A stretch of DNA of 64,000 nucleotides. It comes from Marsupella aquatica. Its lineage: Eukaryota > Plantae > Marchantiophyta. Made by a program: the position numbers and the translations under genes. Position 1 is the stretch's first letter. Every line of letters begins with the position of its first letter. Below the pieces are notes generated by a model, which was not told the DNA's origin, did no database searches, and was given only the letters and a program-made list of their open reading frames with translations. This document shows, in pieces, positions 63,613-64,000 of the stretch. Location of the stretch: positions 7,154,963 to 7,218,962 of the forward strand of contig OZ316893.1 of NCBI GenBank assembly GCA_973895155.1, written 5' to 3'.

Positions 63613-64000
63613 TCGCATTCGACCATGGAAAGCAGCTCTGTAGCGCTATGCATGTTCTCGTTTCACCCAAGAAGAAGAAAGCTCTGGAGCTATGCAAGCC
63701 CCACTCCAAGATACGGTAGAGTGTCTCCTTGTTTCCATCGAGAGATGGTGGTACACGACTTAATTCGGTCGGTGGGTCTTAGGGTATCATTGCCTGACTA
63801 CCCTCATCATCCCTTGGACCACGACGCAAAGTGGGTCTGGAGTGTATCTCGCTTGCAATTGGTGCATGGCAACAAGCTGGAAGCAAAGGGGGAAACTTTG
63901 ACAAGTGACATGTGGAATTGTGGACGGAGATGGTGTCAAGGGTGGGTCTCTCTTAATTGATTTTTAACTCTCATGTACATGTCCAGAGAAGCACCCACAC

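Overview
This is eukaryotic nuclear DNA, not prokaryotic: it has GT-AG introns, a TATA box, microsatellites, and CpG-depleted transposon debris alternating with unique CpG-normal DNA. The gene content suggests a non-seed land plant (bryophyte/liverwort-like; inference). Supported genes: the 5' end of a secreted-protein gene at the left edge (-), a two-exon type II membrane SGNH/PC-esterase-like protein (-), a small conserved plant protein (-), a double-Dabb (stress-responsive A/B barrel) gene broken by one +1 frameshift (+), a three-exon ATG22/UMF1-type MFS transporter (-), and a TMEM135-family gene with an intronless CDS (-). The intergenic DNA holds many non-autonomous elements: a Helitron-like insertion whose empty site is preserved next to it, TIR elements flanked by TA, an 8-bp TSD or TTAA, a tRNA-derived SINE family (3 copies), a possible solo LTR, minisatellites and hairpins. 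A ~600-bp CpG-undepleted, featureless island (~6230-6840) is unexplained. I found no CRISPR array, rRNA, true tRNA or intact transposase, and no multi-gene novel system that I can support. All family calls are by eye; no searches were run.
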